Below, piece after piece: positions 13,301 to 27,000 of a stretch of DNA of 64,000 bases. The translations under genes and the position numbers were made by a program. The stretch covers positions 682,001 to 746,000 of the forward strand of contig NW_026934212.1 of assembly GCF_032062105.1 (NCBI RefSeq), given 5' to 3'. The notes below the pieces were generated by a model, which did not search any database, was not told the DNA's origin, and saw only the letters and a program-made list of their open reading frames with translations. Each line of letters begins with the position of its first letter. Position 1 is the first letter of the stretch. The stretch comes from Saccostrea cucullata (Eukaryota).

Positions 13301-16300
13301 AGATTGAAGAGGGATTTAACAAGGCAAATAGCAAACTCATACAAAAGAAATTTCCAATAATAAATCGTGATCCATATGTTGTTACCCTGTAATCTACAGA
13401 TATAAGGCATACAGCAATATAACACTATAGAGAAAAGGATTTCAAATGTCTGGGTCAGGGGGTTAAAACTGATTTCTGAGACTTTTCATCTTTAATGTAC
13501 AATGCATGTGGTCATCGTAAAAATTTCCCCATATATGAACTGTATAGGACTTAAGGTTTTGAAATACCCATTCTAACTGTTTTTCTAGAAACAAATGGAG
13601 GAAATTAAATAACAATATTTCCATTTGTTTTCTCTGTGATAATTCTTTGAAAGTTAAGTCAGTTGATTTCTTGATTATTCAACCGGAATGTAAATTTTGG
13701 CAAGCAAAAGGTCAGGAGCTAAGAAGGCCTGGTATTAATTTATGCCTTCGCCTGTTAGGCAAATTATCCCACATTTCCAACTATCATTGATGCCCTGGCA
13801 TACCCAGTAATTCCTTAAAATAACCCCATCATATGAGTAAGAATTTTGTATTCAACTTTGTCTGCATATGTTTTTTTAAGGAGAGTCTTGCATTGTATCT
13901 TTAATTACTCAAAATAGATTAGGATGTACATGTACTATTTCAGTGTTTGAAATAACCGTGCACCCAACCGCCCGAGAAGCACAAATTTTGTCATGGGCGA
14001 ACTGATTTGCACATATTGACGCCCGGCTGGACTTGTAAAATTTTCCATAAATTAAAATTCATATACATGTTATGATATATTTGATAAAACTCTCTCAAAT
14101 CAACTTATACATTGTATTACTGGTTACAAGGTGTAACAAGCAAACAGGTTGAATTCACCAGTCATGGATTGAATATATAGTGGGATGGCCCCATTCACAT
14201 TATTGCTAAAACAAACTTATAAAATACAATTATTTTTTTTTTCGGGCTAGTACATTTTTGACAGGGCTGACAACTTTCACTAGCAATCAGCCCTGCATGT
14301 CTAGCTGATTTTACAGTGTGTTTCAAACACTGACTATTTCATAATAAACTAGTTGGGGAGCTACATTTGACTAACACATCAAAAACAAACATAAAAATAC
14401 ACACAATTTTTTTTTAACTTTTGCTATATTGCAAGGAACTTTAATCTACAAACTAGCCATTATCACACTTTTTGAAAATGTCAACAAGAGGTCCATGGGC
14501 CATAGTGCTCACCTGAAAAACGTGTCTCTAATAAACAAAAGTAGCATTCATAGGAACTGTACTTTATATAATTCTAATCAAGATTTACAGTATCTAGTAC
14601 TTCTTGTCATCACTTTTCCCTATAATAGTCTTGATTAAGTGATTCTTGAGAAATATACTTGTACATACCCCTAATGTTCAAGTGAATGGGCTTCTATTTT
14701 TTTAAATTAATATGATCAATGCACATTTCATACACACTTAAATTTTCTGATAGCAATTAAAAGAATTAATTGATGAACTAGATTCTACAAATAAATATTG
14801 CAATCTATAATTAAAATGTGATTATGCAGTGATCTTGATATCAAATTTATATGTGCATGTACCTGAGTGAATATTACATGCCAATACAATTGAGTATGAG
14901 CAGTGCTTTAGTAAGTTTTTATGGACAAAAAGTATTTGTTAATATGCTCTAAAGAAAATGGCATATGTTAGTAAGTCTTATGTAAAACTACAACTGAATG
15001 TATACTTTATTAACGATTTTTTTTTGTTTGTTTTTCTTGCCTACAGAGAAAGAAAGCAATTACTTGTACTTATGAAAACAGCAAAAACATGTGTAAGCGT
15101 AAATTTCTACTACATATATCACTGTGACCTATACAATATCTGCACCTAGCTTTTTACCTCCTCATAAAACTCAATAAATTCATCACAAAAACAAGTGTCA
15201 GCCTGAAATGGTTCACAATTTTTCAATGTTAGAGAAAAATACCTAGAAAAGAAATGAAGTTCTGAATTTAAATTTATTTCCTCTAATGTTTTTTACAACA
15301 ATATTGCAAGTTCTAATTAACTGAATAAATAACTAATATCCTGGGCCATATAAGTAAATGTTCATAGAAAAACACACAGCTGTTTAAACATATTTGCATT
15401 AATAATTTCCATAAGACAAACAATTTCATGCTTATAAAGAGTTATCCCCCTTGTGAAAACTTGAAATCCAAAGTCTGAGTAGTGAGATAAGAATACTTAT
15501 AAGAACACCTATTTAAGGTGGTACGTACCATGTCCATTCTGTCCTGAGCACAGATAATGGGAGGCTCCTTAAACATCTTCTTACTTCCCAGGTTTTCCTG
15601 TCCAAAGTCCCATTCCTCTTTGAGGTATTCATCATTTAGTTTCTTGGCAAGACGGGCATCATAGTGTGAAAGGAGCTGCTCAAAGTCAGCCAGCTATAAA
15701 GTAAAATCATGGAGTGCTACATGTATAAACTAACTGTATAACTTTGTAGATGGAATGGTAGCATGCAATAAGCTTCACAAAGTCAGATGTATGGCTACAA
15801 AAATTATTTTGGATATATGATTTTAGGATAAAATGATTTAGGACACTTTTATGATGAGAAGATATGATAAAGACTGAACAAAAAATAAATCTACACATTA
15901 TTCTGTTTTTCTCGTTTACTTAGTGCTCATCACAGGCCTACAAACATTTTTTCCTTTGTCACTGGGTACAGGGGAATATCAAGACCCTGAACCCTCTTAA
16001 ACATGATAAACATGTACTGTATAAGTAGAATTTTTAGCAAGGATTTAATTTTGGCATTATTAGCGAGGGTGCTGACATCGCTAAAATTGATTATCACTAA
16101 AAATCAATTGCGTATCATTTCTTATAGCTTCTTTAGTTAGCATTTAAAAAATCGCTAAAATTGCGTCTCGCTACAATTAAAACACCAGTTCTTTGGTAGA
16201 AATCGCTAAATTTGCATCTCGCTAAAATTTCCACTTATACGGTATGTATACCATGCTATTGAACCCCTCCCTACCTTATATAGATCTTTGTCCTTCCCCT

Positions 16301-18049
16301 GTGGTGCTGTGTCCTCCTCGGGCTTATAGTCCTTGTATGTCCCACACCTGAAATGAGGCAATTCCTCCAAACATTCAGAAATTTCATACAATCCTGTCTC
16401 TGGAATTTTACCCTTCTCTCGAAAAATTATATGAAAATTCTTGAAAAAATCGAACTGTAATATTTCTTTAACATTTATCTTTTTAGGCTTTAGGCGTGTT
16501 CTGTGCATTTTCTCATGAAAAATGTGGGAAACATATGATTATACTGAAGTAAAAGAAACATTTATAACAAAGAACCATAACAAAAACTAGAAGAGGCATT
16601 GTCTTAAAGATTGGTATCTAAGTTAAAGCTGAATGGGTGTAAACATAATGATAGCATCAACAGTTGTTAAATAGCAAACTTGTCGGACTTCAAAAAATAC
16701 ATGTATATATACTCAATATTGATGATGGAAATCAATTTGTACACTGATAATGTCAATCTAAACTTCTCCAAGTATGACATTTTTCTAGCAGTATCTGCTT
16801 TTGTAAAGAAGAAATAAGCTGCATTGATATGCAACTTGATCAACATGCAATCTTTCAAGCTTGAAATGACTTGTAAGACTTATTATGAAATACAAGAGAA
16901 ACCACAAGTCTCTGATGAGACTGTAGCTCCACTGATTTGTTCCTTACACTTGCATACTATAGTAGGAATGTTGATTTCTGTAAGAGAAGTAACAAAACTC
17001 TTAAATCAAACAGAATTTAGGATGAGAATCTTATTATAGTCTAAATGTTTTTCCAATCATTTCAGATATTTTAAAATCTTTTTCGGATGGTTTGACAGAT
17101 TTCATTATAATTAAAATGATAAAGATTTTACTGGACTTTGATGAGACAAGTTACTTTTCTTGATACAATCAGATAGGAAAAAGAGAATTTTAAAAATTGT
17201 TAGAGACAGCTGTGACACATTTATATTAAATAAAATCAAAATGGATGCATAGATCTTAATTAAAGAAGTAGTTTTGATGAAGTTTTCATTTGCACCTGCT
17301 TTAATTAAATCACAGAGAGACTGCAGATGAAAAAGCATTTAAAAAGTATATGCACTAAAACCATATCAAGAGCATGCTTCAAAATTTAAAACTACATTTG
17401 CACCTGAGTATTGTGCTCAAACAATTAATAAACCAGAGGCCATAAATTCACAATTTACAATTTTGAAAGAGCATCATTGCTTATATAATTATTAAAGCAT
17501 GCTTACTCAATTTACTTAATTTAACAAAGAGAAAATGCAATTACCCAGTTGTATGAACCCATGGGCCACATACATGTTTTTCAAAATTTTGCAAATTTTA
17601 TTATAAAATGGTTGATTAATACCAAAGAGCAGATTTCAAAGCATTAATTCATTTTCAGACTATGTAACCCCCCTCCCCCTCTGACCCTGGGGGCATAAAA
17701 AAAACACTTTGCTAGATGTATCTTTCTTCATCATAAATATATATATACTTGGATCATTGGCATAAAACCCAGAAGCAAAGGAAAATATTTTAAAAGAATT
17801 AATGTATTTTACTATATAATCAATAGAGCCCCGCCCTAACACCAGAATTAATATTTTGGAAATCTTTCATCACAAAATAGTTATTTAATACCCAGAAGCA
17901 GAGAAGAAGATTTTCAAAGAATAAATGCATTTTCACTATATAAACAATAGAGCCCCGCCCTAACAAACCCCTGAATAAAATGCACAATTTTGTAGGAGGC
18001 ACTCTTATTATAACTATGTGCTTAGTTAGTATATTTAATACCCAGGAGC

Positions 18050-18083
<34 letters not shown>

Positions 18084-21000
18084 CACTATATAATCTATAG
18101 AGCCCCACCCAAGCACTAGAACCCCTGACCCTGGGGCCATGAATTTCACAATTTTGGTAGAGGACTCAATGCTCATTACATTCATGCCAACAGTTTGCCT
18201 GCTTGATGTCCATGAGTAAAGATGAAGATTTTTAAAGATTGCAATAATTTTAGTGGTTTTGGCCCCACCCCTCAGGCCTCAGGGGGGCGGGGACCATGAA
18301 ATTCACAATTTTTGTTCCCCTCCACCCATAGATGCTGTATACCAAATTTGGTTGAAATTGGTTCAGTGGTTTCAGAGAAGAAGCTGAAAATGTTCAAATG
18401 TTAACACATGACACACGACGCACGACACACAACGCACGACACACGACGCACGACGACGGACGAAAACGGATAGCTCTTTAATCATAGTTCAAAATTTAGC
18501 TATCTCAGATTTTATTTTATTCAGACTATAAGAGAGCAAGGGGATAAATGCATGTATTACTATTGAAATATTTTAAAATATTAAACACACAGACTGATGG
18601 ACATAAAAACATTACACGTAATGCTGTTTTAGGAATTGTCCAGAAATGTCATAAAGAGTATATCTCTCTTAAAAAATAACTACATCTATGTATGTAAATA
18701 GTGGGTGGGAATTAATTCTCAAGTAATTTTTGAGATGGCAAAATATCTCTGCTTTGTGTTTATCTTCAAAATTATCGATTTAGAATCCATATTTTCAAGA
18801 GTATATTTCTAATGTTTGCACTCTCTAATCATAGTTCAAAATAGCATCACACCAAAACCTTGAGCTAGGAGGCAACCTCGTTTGGATAACTGAATGCAAG
18901 TTTTATCCAAAAATGGTGTACAAGGATTCCAAATGAACCTTCACATGTTTTAACTTACCACAAGATAAGCTCAAGGTACTCAGATAACTGGATGCGAGTT
19001 TTGTCTTCAAAATGAACCTTCATATGTTTTAATCTGTGCATTAACTTCATAGGAGCAATGGATCGTCCACACATCTAAAAACACAAAGTTATGTCAAATT
19101 TAATATAGCTTGAAAGATGAAAGGTTTTCATATTGTATTAAGTCTGTAGCTATCACACAAGGGAATCTAATGAATACAATATAAGGGCTATAATAGTTTC
19201 TAGTCAAAAATCTTTTACTCTTGAGACCAAAGGTACAATAGGACCTATTGTCAATATGATTTAATTCAATGATACATGTGTCTGAAAATTGAGTAGAATA
19301 TGTGAATGCATGAACTTAATTTGGTTAATGATTTGAACAAACTAAAAATCTTCACATAGACCATACGATGATGCTTGAAATTTTAATCAATTTCATCAAT
19401 TGTAAATAATTTTTTTTTACAGAGTTCCAGTTTAGTTTGTTGTAGAAAAAAAGATTGATTATTGTTTAAAGTATAAAATGAGTAATATTTAAGCAAATTT
19501 TTTGGCAGAAAATAATTTAAACTGTTATAAAAGAAGACTTGATTAAACTTGCAATGAAAATGCAGGTCACTCTATACGCCACTACCAGGAAAGCAAACAT
19601 GCAAAAGACAAGTCTTATATATGTACTGTTTGCAGAAGACATAAAGGTCAACCCCTTCCTTTGTATGATCTTGAAATTCCATAAATCAACAAAAGGTTGG
19701 TGATATCAAATATTAAATATAATCAAAAATGTCTCCTGCATTTGTGAAATTAATTATTTTTTGGTGATAGTAAATTGACAAATGGTCGTTGAGTCCTTGC
19801 AAAGTTTAACAACATTTGACACCATGTTTTCATAGCCATTATGATAGTTGTATTCTTTCTCTCTGAACTCGTTAATTTAACATACCAAATGAATTGATTT
19901 ATACTGGCCTTTCAAATTATAATGATTTATTGCTTATAATAAAATTAAGGGGAGAATAAAGGATTTAAAAATATCCTTCCACATAATGGATACAATAATA
20001 TACCTACTCCATCGCAAACAATTTCTAAAACCAACAAAGAGCACAATGGACGGAAATGGCCGGGTTTTAACTTGGGTAGAAAACAGTATTGAAGATATCA
20101 ATAAAATTTCATGTATTCCTATACCTTTTATGGATTGACAGCTAATTCACTTTTCTAAAATAAACTGGTGGCATTTGTTCATTTTTTTCTCAATAGATAC
20201 AAGTAGATTTTTCTTCTGTTTATATCCCCATACATGAAGATGAGATCACTAATACTTTTGCATTTGTGGTTTCAAATATATAAGATCTTTCCCCTTTTAG
20301 AAATTTAGCTACCAGCATCTATATAAAAAGCTTCAATGCTTTGAGGGCTTAAGTCTAAGTATTAACAATCAAGCTAGTATACACAATGAGATTTTTTCAA
20401 ATTTCAAAGTATATTTCCCCTTTTTAAAACCCAACCTCAAAAAAATGAAAATATTTAACAAAATTAACTAGAACTTACACCCCCTGCTAGTTTTTCCTTA
20501 ATAAAGATATGTATCAAACATAAAAATTTTTCTTCAGTGACCTTATAAGGGGCAAGGTCATGACACACCCTTGGGTCAGCAATCTTTGTGTGAAATGAAC
20601 CCCAAGTTTATCCATAGTATAAAACCAGTGAAAGCTGACCTTAATAAGCCAGGCAATCTTTGTGTGAAAGAAGAACCTACCAAGTTTATCCATAAGAAAG
20701 ATTTCGGACACAAATTATGAAATTTTTCTTCCAGTGACCTTGAACTTCCCCAAATGACCTTTCTATAACCAAACCTGGGCCACAATCTTTGTGTGAAATA
20801 TGATATTTATCCAAAATTAATGAATATGAAATTTTTCTTCCAGTGACCTTGAAATTATATATTGGGTCAAGGTCATGACACACCCTAGGTCAAAATGTGT
20901 TTAATGAAAAATCAGACACGATTAATATATATTTATGACAGACGGACAGACGGAAAAGGTGATGAATTTGAAATTATATATGAAACTGTATTTTCAAGAT

Positions 21001-24000
21001 TGCTTTACCATTAATTTTGTACATTTAAAATATGTTTTGAAAAAGCAGCTTAATACACAGTATAAATTCCTTTATTTCTTGGCTTATTAAGTGACATCCC
21101 TAATTTCTATTTTTGGGGGTTCCTACCACATCAGATCTAACACTGTCCACTTATAATTTGTCTAGAGCTTTATAAGGGCACTAACACTTCTATATTTACA
21201 TTCCTAATACATAAACTTCTTGTTGAAAGCTCAACAAATATTGGTTTGGGATAAAATAAACACCCATAATAAATTCAACAACAATCACTTATAAGATACA
21301 CTGTGTACCCAGTACACTTAGCCCTTTGTGATTTAAGAGAGCACATATTTGTCAGTGTCCAAAAGATTTTTTTTCCGCAGTTTAATTCAATTGAAGCTAA
21401 ATGCCTTTTCTGATTCCACGAGCTAGAGAACCCTGCGATCCTATATATATACTATAGACTGACTTCTCAGTCAAAATAAGAAAATTAAATTACACAAGAG
21501 CATCTTCAGATCAATTATGCCTTTGAGGGTCTTATTAATATTTTCTTTACCCTCCAATTATGACGCACTTTAAAGTCAGATATCAAATTACGAAAAAACC
21601 AATGAAAGAAGCATTTGATCTTAGTGAAGAATACAGCATTTACAAAACTCACGATAGATAATGTAAAGATAATATCAAACTTTTATCTGACAAGTAAAAA
21701 TGGATCATTACCTCTCAAATATCTGGTCATGAAAAAATCGATGTGTCAAAGAATTTTGTTCTCGGTGTACAAATATGTGGAAGAGGATGCACTCACAAAC
21801 TATGAGTAAATTCTTAACAGATATCTTGGTCTGTGCAAATGTATGGAATGATCTCATCTCAAGAGGGTGAATTATAACTGTTTGGACTGTCATAAATTTG
21901 TACCAAAAAAATCTTTAACAAAGAAATGCAAATATCTGCACAGTGATTACATAATATGTATTATAGATATTGAACTACAGAATCTTCTCCAATCTTGTTT
22001 AATTAGTTCTTTGGTGTTAAACTGTCACTCAAACAGTCCATAAATGAAACCAGGCCTGAAATAAATGTACAATTCTATTTGTTTTCTTGCAGAACGTGTG
22101 CCGAGACAATTGTTTAAACAATAATGTGGAAATTCTTGATATCCCATCAAAAAAATATGACAAATTAAAGAAAATACTTTAAAACAAAATGAATACACAC
22201 CAACATGAGAAGCTTACTGAATAGACCAATCAGAATATTATTGAAATCTAAAATAATGGAATTCCAAAATAGTGATTTGACCTTCTCAACAGGGGCAGAC
22301 TAAGAAAACAGACAAATTTAATTAAATCGAGAAAAAATATAAACAGGTGATAAGCTTTGCATAACTGCCATACAAGGGACTTAATCACCATGCACCCTGC
22401 TGTTGGTATGAAGCAGGGACAGGAATTTCTATTAAATATCGCAGGTGACCATATCAATAACACACATGCATTTTCTGCTTGTCTTACAATCTCTTTTACA
22501 TACAAATTTCAAGTACCCCAGCCAGAAATATAAGAATTAACATGAATACGAGATTACGCTTTCTTAAACAATCATTTGCATTTGCATAGCAAGTTAATAC
22601 AAGGCTGATAACGGAAGAAAAGGGAAAAAAGTGAAAAATCAATCTTTTGAATTTACTTTAAGATTTTTTGACTTCAAACATTTCATTTACCAAAGACTTA
22701 ATGAAAATCCTCAATACCTGCAATAGATTTAACAGTTCAGAAGACATTTTTATACATAAACAGAAAGACACCAAAGCCATATTTTTATCAATATTAAAAT
22801 GAAATCCTACAGCATTGTACAAGGATTAAGAACTTATTGACATTTTTCTGTTTGAAGTTATTGAATGCTCAGATAATTGAAATGATTCTTTTGACAATTT
22901 ATCAACAAAGTTTGATTCTAAGGATGAAGGCAAAGATTAAAAACTAAAGACCATATTTTCATTGTAGAGATACAAACCCCATAGAAACATTTAAACAAAG
23001 TAAAGAAAAACTTAATTCATGTCAGTTTTCCTTTTAGAGAATAATGTATTAATTCTGAGCAATGCACTATGTTGTCAAGCAATTAATTCATAAAAAATGA
23101 TGATTGTCACAGTTAATCAATACAAAGATTCAGCTTTTTCAATATTTGGAATATTTTATTTCTTTGGTACTGATTTATATTGGATAAAGTCTGAAAGTAA
23201 ATAATTTATTTTATTGTTTTTGTTCTACCACAAACAACTACAATATAGAGCTGCTGCTGCAATTACAAACCTTTTAATAAAGTCATTGGATCAGTGTTAG
23301 ATTCCTACTGGTCTACCTTACTAGTAGGATCTAATAAGTAGCTTCTAAGTAGAACTGAGAAGGATCTAACCAGAACTTAGCACTAGGATCTAGCCAAACC
23401 TTAGTAGGATCTAACCAGACCTTAGTAGGATCTAACCAGACCTTAGTAGGATCTAACCAGACCTTAGTAGGATCTAACCAGACCTTAGTAGGATCTAACC
23501 AGACCTTAGTAGGATCTAACCAGACCTTAGTAGGATCTAACCAGACCTTAGTAGGATCTAACTAGACCTTAGTAGGATCTAACCAGACCTTAGTAGGATC
23601 TAACCAGACCTTAGTAGGATCTAACCAGACCTTAGCAGGATCTAACCAGATCTTTGTAGGATATAACCAGACCATAGTAGGATCTAAACAGATCTTTGTA
23701 GGATCTAACAAGAACTGAGTAGGATCTAAGCAGACATTAGAAGGGTTTAACCAGACATTAGTAAGATCTAAGCAGACCTTAGTAAGATATAAGCAGACCT
23801 AAGTAGGATCTAACCAAAACTGAGTAGTATCTAAGCAGACCTAAGTAAGATCTAAGTAGAACTGAGTAGGATTTAAGTAGACCTTAGCAGGATCTCAGCA
23901 AAACTGAGTAGGATCTAACCAGATGTTAGTAGGATCTAACCAGACCTTAGTAGGATTTAAGCAGACCTTAGTAGGATCTTACCAGACCTTTGTAGGATTT

Positions 24001-27000
24001 AAGCAGAACTGAGTAGGATCTGAGCAGACCTTAGTAAGATCTAATCATAACCTACCTTGATACTACTGAGTAGGATCTCTTGGTCAATCAAAAGTCCCTT
24101 CATGTCAAACTGTTCAAAGGCCTGGTATGCCACTCTGATGTTATAGAGCTAACCAGAACTAAACAGTATATACACTGTATACAAAAGTACAATTACTTGT
24201 GAAAATGGACATTTGGATAACATACAACAGTTATACACAAAAAGTATAGATCATTAAAGAAACACAACTTATCATGATATAGTCTTTTTAGCTTAGTTTA
24301 CTCAGTTACAATTATTGCAATTTTTCTATTTCAGTTTTGAAATGTGTGTAGAGACTGTATTCTTTATTAAACAGTGATCTGATGAAAAAATGGAACACCA
24401 GACAAAAATCAAACTAAGGGATCATCCATAGATAGAATCTAAGACACTATACATAAAATAAACCAACTGAAAAGATTAATGAAAAAGTCAAAACTCTCAT
24501 CTATAGATGACAATGTCATTTAATTTAAAGCCCTTTTTCCATGAAATCATAATATTTGTCTAGATCATGAAATTTCTTGTAAATTAAGACTTATGGCACC
24601 TACTTAGTATGTTTAATAAGGGAGTAAAGTAATTAAAGCCCTGTTAATATTTGTCTTGTTCATAAGATACATTGTAAAATAATCCTCTTTGACATCAACT
24701 CAGTTTATATACTAAAGGTGTGAAGTGTTAGATTGAAGACTTATTGGTGACTTAGCACACTTCAAATATGAGTTGGGTAAACTTCAGGTCATTTCATGCA
24801 ATAAAATCAATGCAGATTAACTCTGAGCTAAGATAACCCGGATTCACTACTACATGTAGTGTACTAAGTAATGTTGCAGTAAGAATTAATTGCAGTGGAT
24901 TCAATATTTCAGGCGACAAGACCATAAACTGAGAATCCTAAATGATGGCTATATACATCATCACTTCATCAAAATGTCATATGGTGCATACAATATTATG
25001 CTAATTCACAAGAAAAGTTGTATATCCGGGGTTTTTTTTGAGTGTTGGAAATTTTGCAAAAAGGGGGTAAATTTTTACAGTTTTTATTTTGTGTAATTGA
25101 TTTTTTTTTTTAAAAATGGTAGTGTGTTTATGTCACAGTATAGCTGACATAATTTCTGCCTGTTTTATATTTTGCAAATAAAAAATGATCACAGAAAAAG
25201 TGAAAAATAGATCATTGCGAAAAAAACAAACGAATATACAGTAAGACAATTAATCAAGGACATAAAATATTGTACATCTAGACATTTTATAATTTATCTA
25301 ATAGCAGACATGGACAGTAACCATACTAAAGATGACTTTGCATACTTAGATACATGTAGCAGAATGACTGAGAAAGTACAGACACTTACACTGACGATAA
25401 AATAACTTAAAAAGTTCAGTCACCTAATTTGATGGCTGAATGACTGAGGAAGTGATGGCCCAGACACTTTTAAAAGTGATGGCTGAAGGACTAAGAAAGT
25501 GATTGTCAAGACACAACATGATGGGTGAATACCTGAAAAATACAGACATTTACCTGATGGATGAATATCTGAAAAAAAGAGAGACACTTACGTGATGGCT
25601 GAATGACTCAGGAAGTACAGACTTTTCCTGACCACATTCATGTTCCAGTCTCCGGAGTGGAGATTACAGGTTCTGTGGAGTGCCCTCTCCAGCAGGCGAT
25701 GGTCCACCATCTTGTAGGACTCCTAAAAATAAATAACATGGGTAATTAAAGATTAGAAAGCTCAACAATATTAACTAATATATGTAAGGTTAGGTCTCAT
25801 AGTGTGTTATCCTTAAAGCTTTTGATCCAGGTAACACTGAATGGACCTGTTCCAAAACGCCAACTGTTCAGTTTAAAAGAGAAATACACTCCTGATTCAG
25901 GTACAAAATCTGAAGCCGGCCTGTTAGCTACTGTACATGGTTAAATGCAACATCTGTGTAAGTAATGTTTAGGTAAGGCTAACAGTTCCTTGGAAACTTG
26001 CTCCAAAATAAATCTGTTTAATTCAGTAGAAAATTTAAATCAGACATAGCATATAAGCATGGTTGGTAGTGTGTACCCCTAAATTGTCAACTTCCAACAA
26101 GTTAGGTCAGGCAAGGCCATTAAATTCATGATAATGGATCTGCTCCAAAAACTTTCACCTGTTCAATCACCTGTAAAATATCTAATTGGTAAAATCCATG
26201 CAGCATCCATGCAAGTTTGGTCAGAGTAGATCATAAAGTTACATGGAAATGGACCTCCTCCAAAAAGAAAGGTTCAGTCAGATAGACTACATATGAATAT
26301 CAAATATTCTACACTTTGTCTAGGTGATGGACATCTGAATTCTTGGCTTCTGTCTTATAATGTTTCTGCTTTATGTTTTTACAGCATTACCTTGAGACTT
26401 AGGCCATGTTCTTCAATGACCAACTCCGACCCGTTGACATTCTTCTTAAACAGGTCAACTGGGTACTGCAAGACAATAAAAACATTGTTACAAGGAATTT
26501 CAGAATAAATATAACATTGTTAAGAAAACAACATATCTGTCCTTACTATATGAATTATGTACATGTATACATTATACAACTACAAGTATTAGATATTGTT
26601 ACACGACTAGAAATTCAGTGGAGAATTAATTCTCAAGAGGGTGTTCTATCTGATGGATATCCGAGTTTCACTAAAATTTCATTATATTAAAATAAAGAGG
26701 AATGATGAATTTTATAAATCCTTTAAAAAAAGGAATCTGTAAGCAGGGCAGAAAAATGGGCCCATGGCAACATCAGAGAGGGGCCAGATGCCAAGGAGAA
26801 TAAAGCATCCCTTGTTGATAAGTCACACCTTACAGGAGCCAATTGAAATTGACAATATTTTTTTTCAAAAATAGATTTAAAAAAAATAAACTTAATGAAA
26901 AATCTTTAAACAACAGGACATTTATAATTATCTTTCCTATTTTCAAAAGTGCAACTTTACACAATTTAACAGTTGAAGGTCACTTCTGCACATTGCATTG

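Noticed and set aside
17660-18185. ORFs of 60 and 121 aa (also 33760-33942, 52820-53164, 58162-58470, 63517-63816)
   Set aside because: Chance frames within non-autonomous repeat elements
21708-21936. Possible exon with AG/GT boundaries and a 61-aa ORF
   Set aside because: Not needed for the frame (24056 joins 19074 in phase 0) and no recognisable protein features
23320-24045. CRISPR-like or coding interpretation of the 21-bp array
   Set aside because: No unique spacers, eukaryotic intron context, and no start or splice support for translation
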